NCBI GenBank assembly: GCA_951406725.2
Contig: OX597825.1
Span: 15,748,001-15,812,000, forward strand
DNA from: Octopus vulgaris
Lineage: Eukaryota
Length of the DNA: 64,000 bases
Direction: 5' to 3'
Positions 1-11,949 of the stretch are shown here, in pieces; the stretch's first letter is position 1; every line of letters starts with the position of its first letter. The notes below the pieces were generated by a model. It ran no database searches. It saw only the letters and a list, made by a program, of their open reading frames with translations, and was not told where the DNA came from. Position numbers and translations under genes: made by a program.

Positions 1-135
1 TGTAATTGTTCTCTGAAATATCTCAAACAAGTCTCATTATTTTGCTTCGTATGGAGGGAAGTTTCAAAGCAGTTGGCCATAGTTATCCTCTTTTTCTTTG
101 ATTTTCAAAGAGATATTTTCACAGATGATCTCTAT

Positions 136-365
136 GACGAGCTGGTAGACACGTTAGCACGCCGGGCGAAATGCTTAGCGCTATTTCGTCTGCCGCTACG
201 TTCTGAGTTCAAATTCCGCCGAGGTCGACTTTGCCTTTCATCCTTTCGGGGTCGATTAAATAAGTACCAGTTACGCACTGGAGTCGATATAATCGACTTC
301 ATCCGTTTGTCAGTCCTTGTTTGTCCTCTCTGTGTTTAGCCCCTTGTGGGTAGTAAAGAAATAGG
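136..365 (+). mobile_element. SINE family A (tRNA-like head, GCCTTTCATCCTTTCGGGGTCGATAAA core, A1 tail ending GTAGTAAAGAAATAG)
   Basis: Matches about 20 other copies in the window. A-box-like GAGCTGGTAGA and B-box-like GAGTTCAAATTCC are present. Confidence 0.85.
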
Positions 366-382
366 TACACACTTTTCTTATG

Positions 383-915
383 AGCGGCGGGCTAGCAGAA
401 TCGTTAGCACGCCCGGCGAAATGGTTAGCGATATTTCATCAGCAGTTAAGCTCTGAGTTCAAATTGCGCTGAGGTCGATTTGACTTTCATCCTTTAAAGC
501 AGCGAGCTGTCAGAAACGTTAGCACGCCGGGCGAAATGCGTAGCCGTATTTCGTCTGCCGCTACGTTCTGAGCTCAAATTTCGCCGAGGTCGACTTTGCC
601 TTTCGTCCTTTCGGGGTCGATTAAATAAGTACCAGTTACGCACTGGGGTCGATATAATCGACTTCATCCGTTTGTCTGTCCTTGTTTGTCCTCTCTGTGT
701 TTAGCCCCTTGTGGGTAGTAAAGAAATAGGTATTTCGTCTGCCGCTACGTTCTGAGTTCAAATTCCGCCGAGGTCGACTTTGCCTTTCATTCTTTCGGGG
801 TCGATTAAATAAGTACCAGTTACGCACTGGGGTCGATGTAATCGACTTAATCCGTGTTTCTGTCCTTGTTTGTCTCCTCTGTGTTTAGCCCCTTGTGTGT
901 AGTAAAGAAATAGGT
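383..915 (+). mobile_element. SINE-A cluster: partial copy (383-495) plus dimer (497-915)
   Basis: Internal restart AAATAG|GTATTTCG at 729/730. The flanks GTACACACTTTTCTTAT (365-381) and GTCCATACTTTTCTTAT (913-929) are a near-duplicate pair. Confidence 0.85.
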
Positions 916-1639
916 CCATACTTTTCTTATCTGTCCCAAACAAAAGATATATGACTTAATAAGTTTGCACTTTTACAAAGTTTTTATTAGAATGTGTGTC
1001 TGTGTGTCTGTGTGTCTGTGTGTGTGTGTGTGTGCAAGTGTATCTATATATGTTTGTATGTATTTATGTATGTATGTATTCATGTGCACGTGTGTATGTA
1101 TGTGTGTGCGTAAATTTGTATTCCAGGTTATCACCCTCTCCGTGTTGGAAGCAGAAAAACTACAAGGAAATGGGAATTTACATTTCGCAATATGTGTAGT
1201 TTTCACAGGTTAATCTATTATTGAAGAACATTTATCTTGATAATATGAAACACAATGAAGATGAGAGCAAAACATCCCTTATTATTGCTGGAGGATATAT
1301 TTCTTATTAACTATTTATTACTTTGCAATATTTATGTATCCAAATATCATCACTCGAAATAATTGTTTTTCACCTCTTCATTTCGCTAGATAGAGATTGA
1401 ATTTTAGAAGATCAGGAATTTTATTAGAATACTGAAATTCTGGCAGTAAACGTTTCAATAGTAAATTGCTTTAAAGATGACAAAATTACCAACAATGATA
1501 AATATGATGCAGACCAACAGAGTTAATGCAGATATACCTGATAAACCATTCCTTTCGTTGTTATCATCATTAACACCTGGACATGTCTGTCTCGAATCTG
1601 GGGAATCATAAAACTGATTACCCAGTTTCCATGGTATGA

Positions 1640-2257
1640 GGAAACAAAATCACATTTCTCGCCTGTTCGTCGCAAGTTTACTCGTTACCAGCTGAGTTGA
1701 CTGGAACTACATGAAATGAACTGTTGTGTTCACGAAATAAAGTTATGTTCATAAAATGAAATATTATGTTCACGAAATGAAGTTATGTTCATGAAATGAA
1801 GTGTTATGTTCATGAAATGAAATTATATTCATGAAATGAAGTGCTATGTTCATAAATTGAAGTTATGTTCATGAAATGAAGTATTATGTTCACAAATTGA
1901 AGTTATGTTCATGAAATGAGCTACATGACCTGAAGTGTTATGTTCATGAAATAAAATTATGTTCATGAAATGAAGTTATGTTCATGAAATGAAGTGTTAT
2001 GTTCATGAAATGAAGTTATGTTCATGAAATGAAGTGTTATGTTCATGAAATGAAGTTATGTTCATGAAATGGAGTGTTATATTCACGAAATGGAGTGTTA
2101 TGTTCACGAAATGAAGTTATGTTCATGAAATGAAGTGTTATGTTCACGAAATGAAGTGTTATGTTCATGAACACAACACGTCACCAGTCTGGAAATCGAA
2201 ACCACGATTTGGGAGATCGTGTGTGCAACATACTGACCAGTAAGTCACGCGCCTTCA
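1640..2257 (-). mobile_element. SINE family D copy with an internal minisatellite expansion
   Basis: The reverse complement of 2165-2257 is a tRNA-like head. 1640-1735 matches the SINE-D body (CAGTTCACTCAGCTG) at 8434-8757. Confidence 0.7.
1710..2170. repeat. Minisatellite, 19/21-bp units GTTCATGAAATGAAGT(GT)TAT
   Basis: More than 20 directly visible tandem units alternating between 19 and 21 bp. Confidence 0.95.
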
Positions 2258-2269
2258 CTTATTACATTA

Positions 2270-2330
<61 letters not shown>

Positions 2331-2490
2331 ACGAGATTCTTTCAGTTTCCGTCTACCAAATCCACTCACAAGGCTTTTGTCGGCCCAAGCCTATAGTAGA
2401 AAACACTTGCCCAAGGTGCCACGCAGTGGGACTGAACCCGGAACCATGTGGTTAGTAAGCAAGCTACTTACCACACAGCCAGTCCTGCGT
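2270..2490 (-). mobile_element. SINE family B, 5' half
   Basis: Reverse complement of GCTGTGTGGTAAGTAGCTTGCTTAC...GGTTCAGTCCCACTGCGTGGCACC. Confidence 0.85.
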
Positions 2491-3451
2491 CTAATTTAAT
2501 TTCTTAGATATAACCCTACATTTTGGTACTGGCAAATAATTATAATTAAATTATGTTAAAATAAGTTCCAACTATCCCGTAATAATCCTTAGAATCTTAA
2601 GAATTTAGTTAATAATATTAACGCATATCGATCTTATTCTCTAGCAATGAATGCTTTAACTGAACTTTTCATTATTACAATGACACATTAACAGAGAGAA
2701 ACTTCAGGGATATACATTATCATCAGAACAGCGCTAATAATCAAAAACGCTAAAACAGGAAACGAAATACAGTGTTATCCGTCATTGTTGAAATATTCAT
2801 TCCAATGTTCTCAGGAGTTTTGTAAACTTTATAAGCACTTCTCCCCGCAGACCATAGAAACCATCATAACTGAAGTCTAGCGTTCAGGTGAGCTACAGCT
2901 GCTGTAAAAAACATTCATTGTTTCAATAACCACTATGGAAAAATGGAAACTGTCCAGTAGTACTCACAATTCTTCTCCCCTGAGTAAATGCAACAACTTC
3001 AATATCTGCCCTCTCACCACATACCCCGTTCTAAAGCGTTGGTTTATGGAGCTTATGTATGTCTTGCAAATAACATTGAAACAAACAACTATATGTGGAT
3101 AACTGAAAATCTATTTAAAAATATGATTGATGCAACATACCTGTCCGCGCATTCAGACGCTCAGAAACTTGCCTCTCCATGTCACTCTTCAAATATATTT
3201 GGAGTTGTAAAGATGATTAATCTGTTATGGAATGTGCCTTCCCCCTAAAATAATGACTCCAGAATTACTTTTTCTCTTCAGGAAGTGTAAAATCTGATTA
3301 TATTATAAAAATTTAAATAAAAAAACGGAATTGGTATATTCTTGTAGATACTTCGAAATTTATTGAAGAATTTCGAGCTACTAAATGGCTTAAATAGTGA
3401 ATTTTCCAAAATTGTAGATTTAGCATACTTTGAATGGTGGTTAGATAATCC

Positions 3452-3870
3452 TTTCTACTATAGATAGGCACAAGGCCTGAAATTTGGAGGGAAGGAAGCC
3501 AGTCGGTTAGATCGACCCTAGTACGCAACTGTTACTTAATTTACGACCCCGAAGTCGACCTCGGCGGAATTTGAACTCAGAACGTAGCGACGGGCGAAAT
3601 ACCGTTAAGTATTTTGCCCAGCGTACTGATGATTCTTATTTCTTTTTTGCCCACAAGGGGCTAAACATAGAGGGGACAAACAAGGACAGACAAAGGGATT
3701 AAATCGATTACATCGACCCCAGTGCGTAACTGGTGCTTAATTAATGACCCCGAAAGGATGAAAGGCAAAGTCAACCTCAGCGGAATTTGAACTCAGAACG
3801 TAGCGACGGGCGAAATACCGCTAAGCATTTCGCCCGGTGCGCTAATGATTCTGCCATCTTACCGCCTTAA
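3452..3870 (-). mobile_element. SINE-A chimeric dimer (A1 tail unit followed by a restarted unit with the A2 tail)
   Basis: Both units share the variant CGCCCGTCGCTACG. The distal unit ends in the A2 tail ...AAATTTCAGGCCTTGTGCCTATAGTAGAAAGG. Confidence 0.8.
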
Positions 3871-4354
3871 TGACGGTCAAAAAATGAAAAAGATATGTTA
3901 ACTGTATCCACCTTTTTTGCTTTCTGTATTTTACACAGATGATACATTTTCTAGATATGACGAAATGATAGTAATACACAAGAAACATTAGCTGAGAAAT
4001 TCATAAACTTAGTTTCGCTTTAAATTATTTATCCTAGCAACTACGTACATATCTATCATTTTTCCGAAGGACCAAATTTCAAGAATTCAGTTTGTCCGTA
4101 ATGCATGTGAGACAAACCAAACCATCAATCCTCATCAATCATATATTTGATCGATGTTTTAATTTTGGGATTTGTGGAAATATTTCATCTCATCAATTAA
4201 ACTTCAAAATTTCTTCACCACTTTTACGTTTGTATGCAAGATGGGACGAGCCTATGTACCTCTAATATTATCTTTTTGGCAGTGTTTGTGGTATCCAAAA
4301 ATGTCTTAACAGCATGTTTGGTAGCTATTTTTTCTTTTTTTTTTTGTCGCTTTT

Positions 4355-4760
4355 GTCAGGAGTGGCTCTGTGGTAAGTAGCTTGTTTACCAACCACATGG
4401 TTACGGCTTCAGTCCCACTGCGTGGCACCTTGGGCAAGTGTCTTCTACTATAGACTCGGGCCGACCAAAGCCTTGTGAGTGGATTTGGTAGACGGAAACT
4501 GAAAGAAGCCCGTCGTATATATGTATATATATATATATATGCGTGTGTGTGTTTGTGTGTCTGTGTTTGTCCCCCTAGCATTGCTTGACAACCGATGCTG
4601 GTGTGTTTACGTCCCTGTCACTTAGCGGTTCGGCAAAAGAGGCCGATAGAATAAGTACTGAGCTTACAAAAGAATAAGTCCTGGGATCGAGTTGATCGAT
4701 TAAAGGCGGTGCTCCAGCATGGCCACAGTCAAATGACTGAAACAAGTAAAAGAGTAAAAT
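4355..4760 (+). mobile_element. SINE family B, full length, with internal (TA)n(TG)n
   Basis: tRNA-like head, central microsatellite and tail GGCGGTGCTCCAGCATGGCC(A/G)CAGTCAAATGACTGAAACAAGTAAAAGAG. Confidence 0.9.
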
Positions 4761-5092
4761 AGTAGCTATTGCAGTTTGATATTTCTTACGGAATTTGTTT
4801 TCGCATTTACATATTTCCCATATTCTAGTATTGAAAAGTCAGTGCTTTTATAAGATTGATTATTTTTATAACATTATTCACGGCATGTGTAAAGTAGTAG
4901 GTTGTCAGATAAATTCGATCGTTCCCCCCACCCCACCCCATTCTTTACTTTAATCCTTTCCAGTGTTACTCGAATTAACATGAAAAATAATTATGTAGCA
5001 CTGACATGTTTTGTGTTCTCTTTTGAAGCTCTATTCTTCCTCTGTAACTTTTGTCTCTCATGTTTTAAATTCAAATCAATTCTTCTTTTCAG

Positions 5093-6125
5093 CCGCAGCT
5101 GTGACTGTGTGGCAAGAAGCTTACTTCCAACCCATAAGGCGGCGAGCTGGTAGAAACGTTAGCGCACCGGGCTAAATTCTAAACGGTATTTCGTCTGCCG
5201 CTACGTTCTGAGTTCAAATTCCCCCGAGGTCGACTTTGCCTTTCATCCTTTCGGGGTCGATTAAATAAGTACCAGTTACGCACTGGGGTCGGTATAATCG
5301 ACTTAATCCCTTTGTCTGTCCTTGTTTGTCCTCTCTGTGTTTAGCCCCTTGTGGGTAGTAAAGAAATAGGTATTTCGTCTGCGTTACGTTCTGAGTTCAA
5401 ATTCCGCCGAGGTCGACTTTGCCTTTCATCCTTTCGGGGTCGATTAAATAAGTACCAGTTACGCACTGGGTCGGTATAATCGACTTAATCCCTTTGTCTG
5501 TCCTTGTTTGTCCTCTCTGTGTTTAGCCCCTTGTGGGTAGTAAAGAAATAGGTATTTCGTCTGCGTTACGTTCTGAGTTCAAATTCCGCCGAGGTCGACT
5601 TTGCCTTTCATCCTTTCGGGGTCGATAAATTAGTACCAGTTGCGCACTGGGGTCGATATAATCGACTTAATACCTATGTCTGTCCTTGTTTGTCCCCTCT
5701 GTGTGTAGCCCCTTGGGTGCCGTAAAGAAATAAGAAGCTTACTTCCAACCCATATCGTACCACAAAGCTTTGTGTGTGGGTTTGGTAGACGGAAAATGAA
5801 TTACCTTCAGTTCCACCAACAGAAGAGCGGCGTTCATTGATCTGTTTTCCGTGGCACATAGTGCATCGGGGCCTTAAATTCATTGAACTCTTTCGACACA
5901 GTGTGTGTGTCTTTGTGTCTCTGTCTCCCACCACAGCGTGTCAACCGGTGTTGATGTGCTTACGTCCCGATAACTTGCGGTTCGTCAATAGGGACCGATA
6001 GAATAAGTACCAGGCCTAACAAGAAAATAAGTTTTGGGGTCGATTCTGTCGATTAAAACTTCTCCAAGACGGTGCCCCAGTATGGCCGCAATCCAGTGAC
6101 TGAGACAGGTAAAAGATAAAAGATA
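5093..6125 (+). mobile_element. Older SINE-B copy split by the SINE-A trimer
   Basis: Head at 5093-5136 resumes after 5754. Tail at 6070-6125. Confidence 0.75.
5137..5731 (+). mobile_element. SINE-A trimer with 23-bp TSD
   Basis: TSD AAGAAGCTTACTTCCAACCCATA at 5114-5136 and 5732-5754. Restart junctions at 5369/5370 and 5551/5552 (182-bp period). Confidence 0.92.
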
Positions 6126-6428
6126 TGACAGAGGAGTGACAAATAGAAAAAAAAAGAAAGAATTTATTTTGCTGTGTCCGGGGAGAGTCATTTTCTTTTT
6201 GTGCCTTATAATGTAACACACTCACCGGTAAAATTTCCACTCTTTTCTTATTTTTATTTTCCTAAAATTTTCGTTGCGTCTTGCAACCTTTTCAATAGTT
6301 TTATAAGGCACAAAAAGAAAATGACTCTCCCCAGACACAACAGAATATGCTTTAACACACGAACTCATATAAAGAATCTTGCAAACCAAATCCAAAAACG
6401 AAAAGAATTTATTTGATAAATCAATTTT

Positions 6429-6661
6429 TATTTCTTTACTACCCACAAGGGGATAAACACAGACAGGACAAACAAGGACAGACAAACGGATTAAGTCGAT
6501 TACATCGACCCCAGTGCGCGATTGGTACTTAATTTATCGACCCCGAAAGGATGAAAGGCAAAGTCGACCTCGGCGGAATTTGAACTCATAACGTAACGGC
6601 AGACGAAATACGGCCACGCACTTCGCCCGGCGTGCTAACGTTTCTGCCAGCTCGCCGCCTT
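6429..6661 (-). mobile_element. SINE-A monomer
   Basis: Full-length reverse-complement copy. Confidence 0.9.
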
Positions 6662-6910
6662 GTATATCAATATTCTAACACTCGAACCTTCTTGGTGGAT
6701 AGCACAAAGAAACAACATAAAAGATAAATCTTTCTTGCAGAAAATAATTAATCCTTTGATACTAGTCACCATTGCTGGGCTCAATTGGTGCAGGACGCAT
6801 GTGGCTTATGACACGGTATATTCATTGATATTACGTATCGTTTCAATATGTTTCACAAATATCGTGTTGTTCGTTTTTACACACCGATATTTCAGATAGC
6901 ACTTCGTTTG

Positions 6911-7344
6911 GGATCTTTTCGGTTTGAACGGCATTTTTTTTCTAGCGGTGTCATATGAAATTGTCACCCATAATTATGGCCCTAGTATCGATCTATTACA
7001 TTTCAATCTGTTTTACGGTTAGGGTTAGTTAGGGTTAGGGTTAGGGGTGGGGGAAAGGGTATCTTTTTTTCTTCACAAATGTAAATAAACCCGATCTGTT
7101 TCTTAAACGAGGGACATATTCATACGGCATAGAATGTTTTTTACCTCAATGGACGTCACTGATTGGTTGAAATTGCAGAAATTGAAGAAAAAAAACAACA
7201 AATATCTTACAAACTATAGAATTTTTTCAATAAAGCCAAGAGAAAAAGATGTTTTATAAACACATTCTACCAGTATGCGAAGTTTAAAATTTTTTAGTTA
7301 CCAAGAAATTATGTTAAAAACTGACGTTCAAACAGAAAAGATCC
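6911..7344 (+). mobile_element. MITE (Merlin-like) with internal TTAGGG repeats
   Basis: TIR GGATCTTTTCGGTTTGAACGGCA.../...ACGTTCAAACAGAAAAGATCC. 9-bp TSD CTTCGTTTG/CATCGTTTG. Three copies in the window. Confidence 0.85.
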
Positions 7345-8177
7345 CATCGTTTGCACTGAAGTCACTAAATGCTATTCTAAGCGTAGCTATCGGCTGTGCT
7401 GTGTCTGATGTATGTCTGCCGACTCATAACATTCTAGTGAGAACCAGACGCATACCACTCTTTAGCTGAACGTACATGTCCGTTGAAATTGCATGTATTC
7501 ATCTTGTAATGACGTTATCATCTGATAACTATATGTCTTATAATGTTGATATAATCTCAGGTTTGTGAGAAAACTGTTAAATAAGCAATCACAGCTAATC
7601 AAAAGTATTTCTTTTATCAGCACATCATCCTGGAATATTTTTGTTTGTTCTTTTTCGAACAAATGAGAAATATTCAAAGAAGCAATAATGGCATTTTTAG
7701 AATTCACTGCATTTCTGGATAAAACCAACTTCTGGATAGGAAAATATGATTTTAGTTGATTTATTTACTAGGATCTTATTTCAGCTTTAAGAAGGAGTGG
7801 GAATAGTATTTAAAAGGTATCTGATTAGATTGGACATGACACTCAATTTGTGTTTGCGTTTCTATATTTCAACAATGTCGCCACACATAAACACGCACAT
7901 CTCCAAGATCGATCGAAGAATTCAGCTTGCTCCCACATCAAATTAAAATCGCACGATTTTTTTTTTTCATTTTTCTTGAGCTGTTCATTTTGGGATTTAA
8001 AACAATCACAAAACAACGAAGTATCAGAAACCAAAACTCGGCAGATTTTAAGTATTGAGTATCACACAAAAGTGATAGGCCTCTGCTTTAATACTTCCGG
8101 CAACCAAAAAGAATGGTTTTGACAAAAGAACGTGAAAGATTTCCGAATAAAACTGAACACGTTTATACAATTATTAA

Positions 8178-8340
8178 GCGTAGACATGACTTTGCAGCTA
8201 AGATGCTCGATTTACAACCAAGTGGTTTCGGGTTCAGTCCCAACCCGCGGCACCTTAGGCAAGTGTTGTCTCTTATAGCTCCTAACCTACCAATATTTTG
8301 TGAATAAGTTTGGCAGGCGCAAACTGTACGGAAACCCGTC

Positions 8341-8433
<93 letters not shown>

Positions 8434-8995
8434 TGTGTGAAGGCGCATGGCTCAGTGGTTAGAGCGTCGAGGTTGTGAGCTCAAATCCCGGACCGGACTG
8501 CGTGTTGTGTTCTTGAGCAAGACACTTTCCTTCACGTTGCTCCAGTTCACTCAGCTGTAGAAATGAGTTGCGACGTCACAGGTGCCAAGGTGTATCGGCC
8601 CTTGCCTTTACCTTAGATAACACTGGTGGTATGGAGAGAGGCCGGTATGCATGGGCGACTGCTGGTCTTCCATACACAACCTTACCCGGACTTGTGCCTG
8701 GGAGGGTAACTTCTAGGTGCAATCCCATGGTCTGTGCCGTGACCGAAGGGGGTCTCAGAATATATATATATGGGCGTTAATCTGTGACTACGTTTGCTCC
8801 TCTCTCCACCGATTGATAACAAATGTTGGCCTGTTTATACTCTCGTAGCATAGCGGTTCGGCAATAGGGACCGATAACTTAAGTACCAGATTTTTAAAAA
8901 ACGAGTACTTGAGTAGATTTGTTCGATTCAACACTTCATTACTTTGCCTCAGCATGGCCGCACTGCAGTGACTGAAACAATTAAAAGATAAAAGG
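8178..8995 (+). mobile_element. Diverged SINE-B interrupted at its (TA)n by SINE-D
   Basis: Head at 8178-8345, 3' half at 8790-8995 with the GCATGGCCGCA...GACTGAAACA tail. Confidence 0.7.
8434..8757 (+). mobile_element. SINE family D (tRNA head plus CORE-like TTGAGCAAGACACTT block)
   Basis: A-box GGCTCAGTGGTTAGAGCG and B-box-like GAGCTCAAATCCC. Related heads at 42916 and 63746. Confidence 0.8.
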
Positions 8996-9261
8996 GTTAT
9001 ATTCAATAGATATTGTTTATTCAGTTCAAAGAAAAGCTTAATATTTATTTGATACCATCGCACAGAGCTTGTGTCACTAATATTTAAATCTAAATCATTA
9101 CACGATGATTAACTTCATTAAAATATTTTAAATGGATAGATTTTAATTATTTTATTTTTAATTAACGATTGAAAACAATTTCCGGATAACAGATAAAACC
9201 AGCGGAGAAATACAGTGTGATCGGCGTTGTATTATGCAATGCATTTAAAAAATATGTCAAA

Positions 9262-9442
9262 TAGGTTTGGCTGTGTGGTAAGTTTGATACCCACTCACAT
9301 GCTTCCGGGTTCAGTATTACTGCACGGCACCTTGGTCAAGTCTTTTCTATTATAGTCCTGGACAGACCAGAGCCTTGTGATTGGATTTGGTAGACAGAAA
9401 ATGAAAGAAGCCCGTCGTATATATATATATGTGGGTATGTGA

Positions 9443-9481
<39 letters not shown>

Positions 9482-9488
9482 GATATAT

Positions 9489-9558
<70 letters not shown>

Positions 9559-9765
9559 GATTGTATTTTTCCCTTGTTAACAATTAACACGGAAAAATAT
9601 ATATATACATGTGTGTGTGTCTGTCTCTGTTTGTGTGTGTGTGTGTCTTTCTCCACTACCACCTTGTGACAACGGTGTTGATGTGTTTATGTCCCCGTAA
9701 CTCAGCGTTTCGACAAAAGAGCCCGATGTAATAAGCACCAAGTTTTAAAAAGTAGATACTGGATC
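9262..9765 (+). mobile_element. SINE-B with expanded internal (TG)n/(GATA)n
   Basis: The head and 3' half match the 4355 copy. Confidence 0.8.
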
Positions 9766-9877
9766 TAATGATTGAAATTAGTAAGAAGGAGAGTCAGTCT
9801 ATAGAAACAATACCATGAATCAGAAGAACTAAAAGTGAAAAAAAAAAGATACAAAATCTTAGCAAGGATAGAATTCA

Positions 9878-10087
9878 GAACGCTACGGCCATTTTGGTAG
9901 AAGTCGATCTCTGAACGCTACGGCCATTTTGGTAGAAGTCGATCTCTGAACGCTACGGCCATTTTGGTAGAAGTCGATCTCTGAACGCTACGGCCATTTT
10001 GGTAGAAGTCGATCTCTGAACGCTACGGCCATTTTGGTAGAAGTCGATCTCTGAACGCTACGGCCATTTTAGTAGAAGTCGATCTCC
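9878..10087. repeat. Tandem repeat, 6 x 35 bp (GAACGCTACGGCCATTTTGGTAGAAGTCGATCTCT)
   Basis: Five identical units plus one with two substitutions. No spacers. Confidence 0.97.
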
Positions 10088-10559
10088 ATATGAACAAAGA
10101 TATACTGGATAAATACAGCTTGCTTGATAAAAGACGTGATAGTTAGGGCCGGGATACCTTCGATTGTTTGTCTGCTCGACTAGACTTGACCAGGGGCAAA
10201 ATAACAAGCAACGTTGTCCATATGTAGATGAACAGAGAAAAGAAAACAACGCGAAATGACATTTAAACCTCTGAAAATTGAATATTTCCTCCGTAATTTC
10301 TGTAAATATAGCAGAAGAGAAGAAGACGTGTTTTAGGTAATGTTCACCTAGATTGATGAGAACTCACCTATCATATTTGGCCTCGGAAGTTTTCACGTCA
10401 GAATGATAAATGTACCGACAAAATAAATGACATTTTGCGTTAAGTATAATTCTTCAATTGTTTTCACTAAACACACACAAACGTATACACATACATACAT
10501 ACACATATACACATACACATACATACACACTTATATATACACATATATATATGCATAGT

Positions 10560-10594
<35 letters not shown>

Positions 10595-11156
10595 AAAATA
10601 CATATATATACTTATATAAAGATACATATGTATATGTGTGTGCATGTATGCACATATATATATATACATATATATATGCTTGTATGTATGCATACATATA
10701 TTCATCCGTATTTGCATCTATATACATACACACACATATACTTATACACATATAAATATATTCGTATGTATATGTACGCGTGTGTAAATATATGTGTCTG
10801 TGAGTTTAGTTGTTAACCTAATTTATTAATCAACTTTTATACCAATAAAAGTTACTATATAATTTATATATAAAGTTAATATATGTAATTTATCAATAAA
10901 ATTTAATGTGTAATTAATATATGAACTTTATTTATATGTACAGCGTGATATATACCAGAGCAGCAGACAACGGATTCTGCATAATACCTTATGGTGTTTC
11001 GTTGCGTATTCTACATTTTAAGTTCGATGTATGTCTTTCTTGTTTAGAAAAAGATCGCCAAAAGAACTATTAGTTACATATTGAGACGTGTGGGTCGACT
11101 ATTCTCTAAAAGATCCTAATGCAGTATGACTAAATACCAATGACTAAAGTCATTAC

Positions 11157-11573
11157 CTATTTCTTTACTACCCAAAGGGGCTAAACACAGAGAGGACAAA
11201 CAAGGACAGACAAATGGATTAAGTCGATTATATCGACCCCAGTGCGTAATTGGTACTTAATTTATCGACCTCGAAAGGATGACAGGCAAAGTCGACCTTG
11301 GCAGGATTTGAACTCAGAACGTAACGGCAGACGAAATACCTATTTCTTTATTACCCACAAGGGGCTAAACATAGAAGGGACAAACAAGGACAGACATAGG
11401 TATTAAGTCGATTACTTCGACCCCAGTGCGTAACTGGTACTTAATTTATCGACCCCGAAAGGATGAAAGGCAAAGTCGACCTCGGCGGAATTTGAACTCA
11501 CAACGTAACGACAGACGAAATACCGCTGAGCATTTCGCCCGGCGTGCTAACGTTTCTGCCAGCTCGCCGCCTT
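11157..11573 (-). mobile_element. SINE-A dimer
   Basis: Same restart junction (AAATAC|CTATTTC on +) at 11339/11340. Confidence 0.9.
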
Positions 11574-11949
11574 ATAGTCAATACCGCGCGCACTCGAACG
11601 TGTATGTGTGTTTGTGTGTGTGTATGTATGTGTGTGTGTCTGTGCGTGTGTGTAAGTGTGTTCATGGTTTACGTGTTCAAATCTGCTTCTAGTTTCTCTA
11701 CAAATTTCTTGATAGAGAGCGCCATGCATTTCCGTCGGTATTTTCATTTTGAAACTAACGGCTCCAATAAAATTCTCAGATATGCCGTATGAAAATAACC
11801 AGTTCTTGTATCAACTATTTCATTTATGCTTCAGAAGATCGCTGTGTTCACCTATTTCATATGTAATGAAGATCGCTTCTGTGATTATTATTATTATTAC
11901 ATTATAAGACGGACTCTAAATCTGATCCATCAAAATACCGACTTATTCC

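Noticed and set aside
5370-5551. SINE-A repeat unit is GT...AG-bounded, suggesting an introner or circular-intron rolling-circle origin
   Set aside because: Some junctions are AG|GC, the 3.6-kb chimera restarts elsewhere, and arrays are mosaics of local bodies with different tails. This fits insertion into resident copies better than copying a circle.
7015-7060. True telomere or chromosome fusion site
   Set aside because: Only 3-4 TTAGGG units, always internal to the same MITE.
7660-7750. C-type-lectin-like peptide FLDKTNFWIG
   Set aside because: Upstream in-frame stop, no usable splice donor and too short to be significant.
9878-10087. CRISPR array (35-bp repeats)
   Set aside because: Units are directly adjacent with no spacers, there are no cas genes and the context is eukaryotic.
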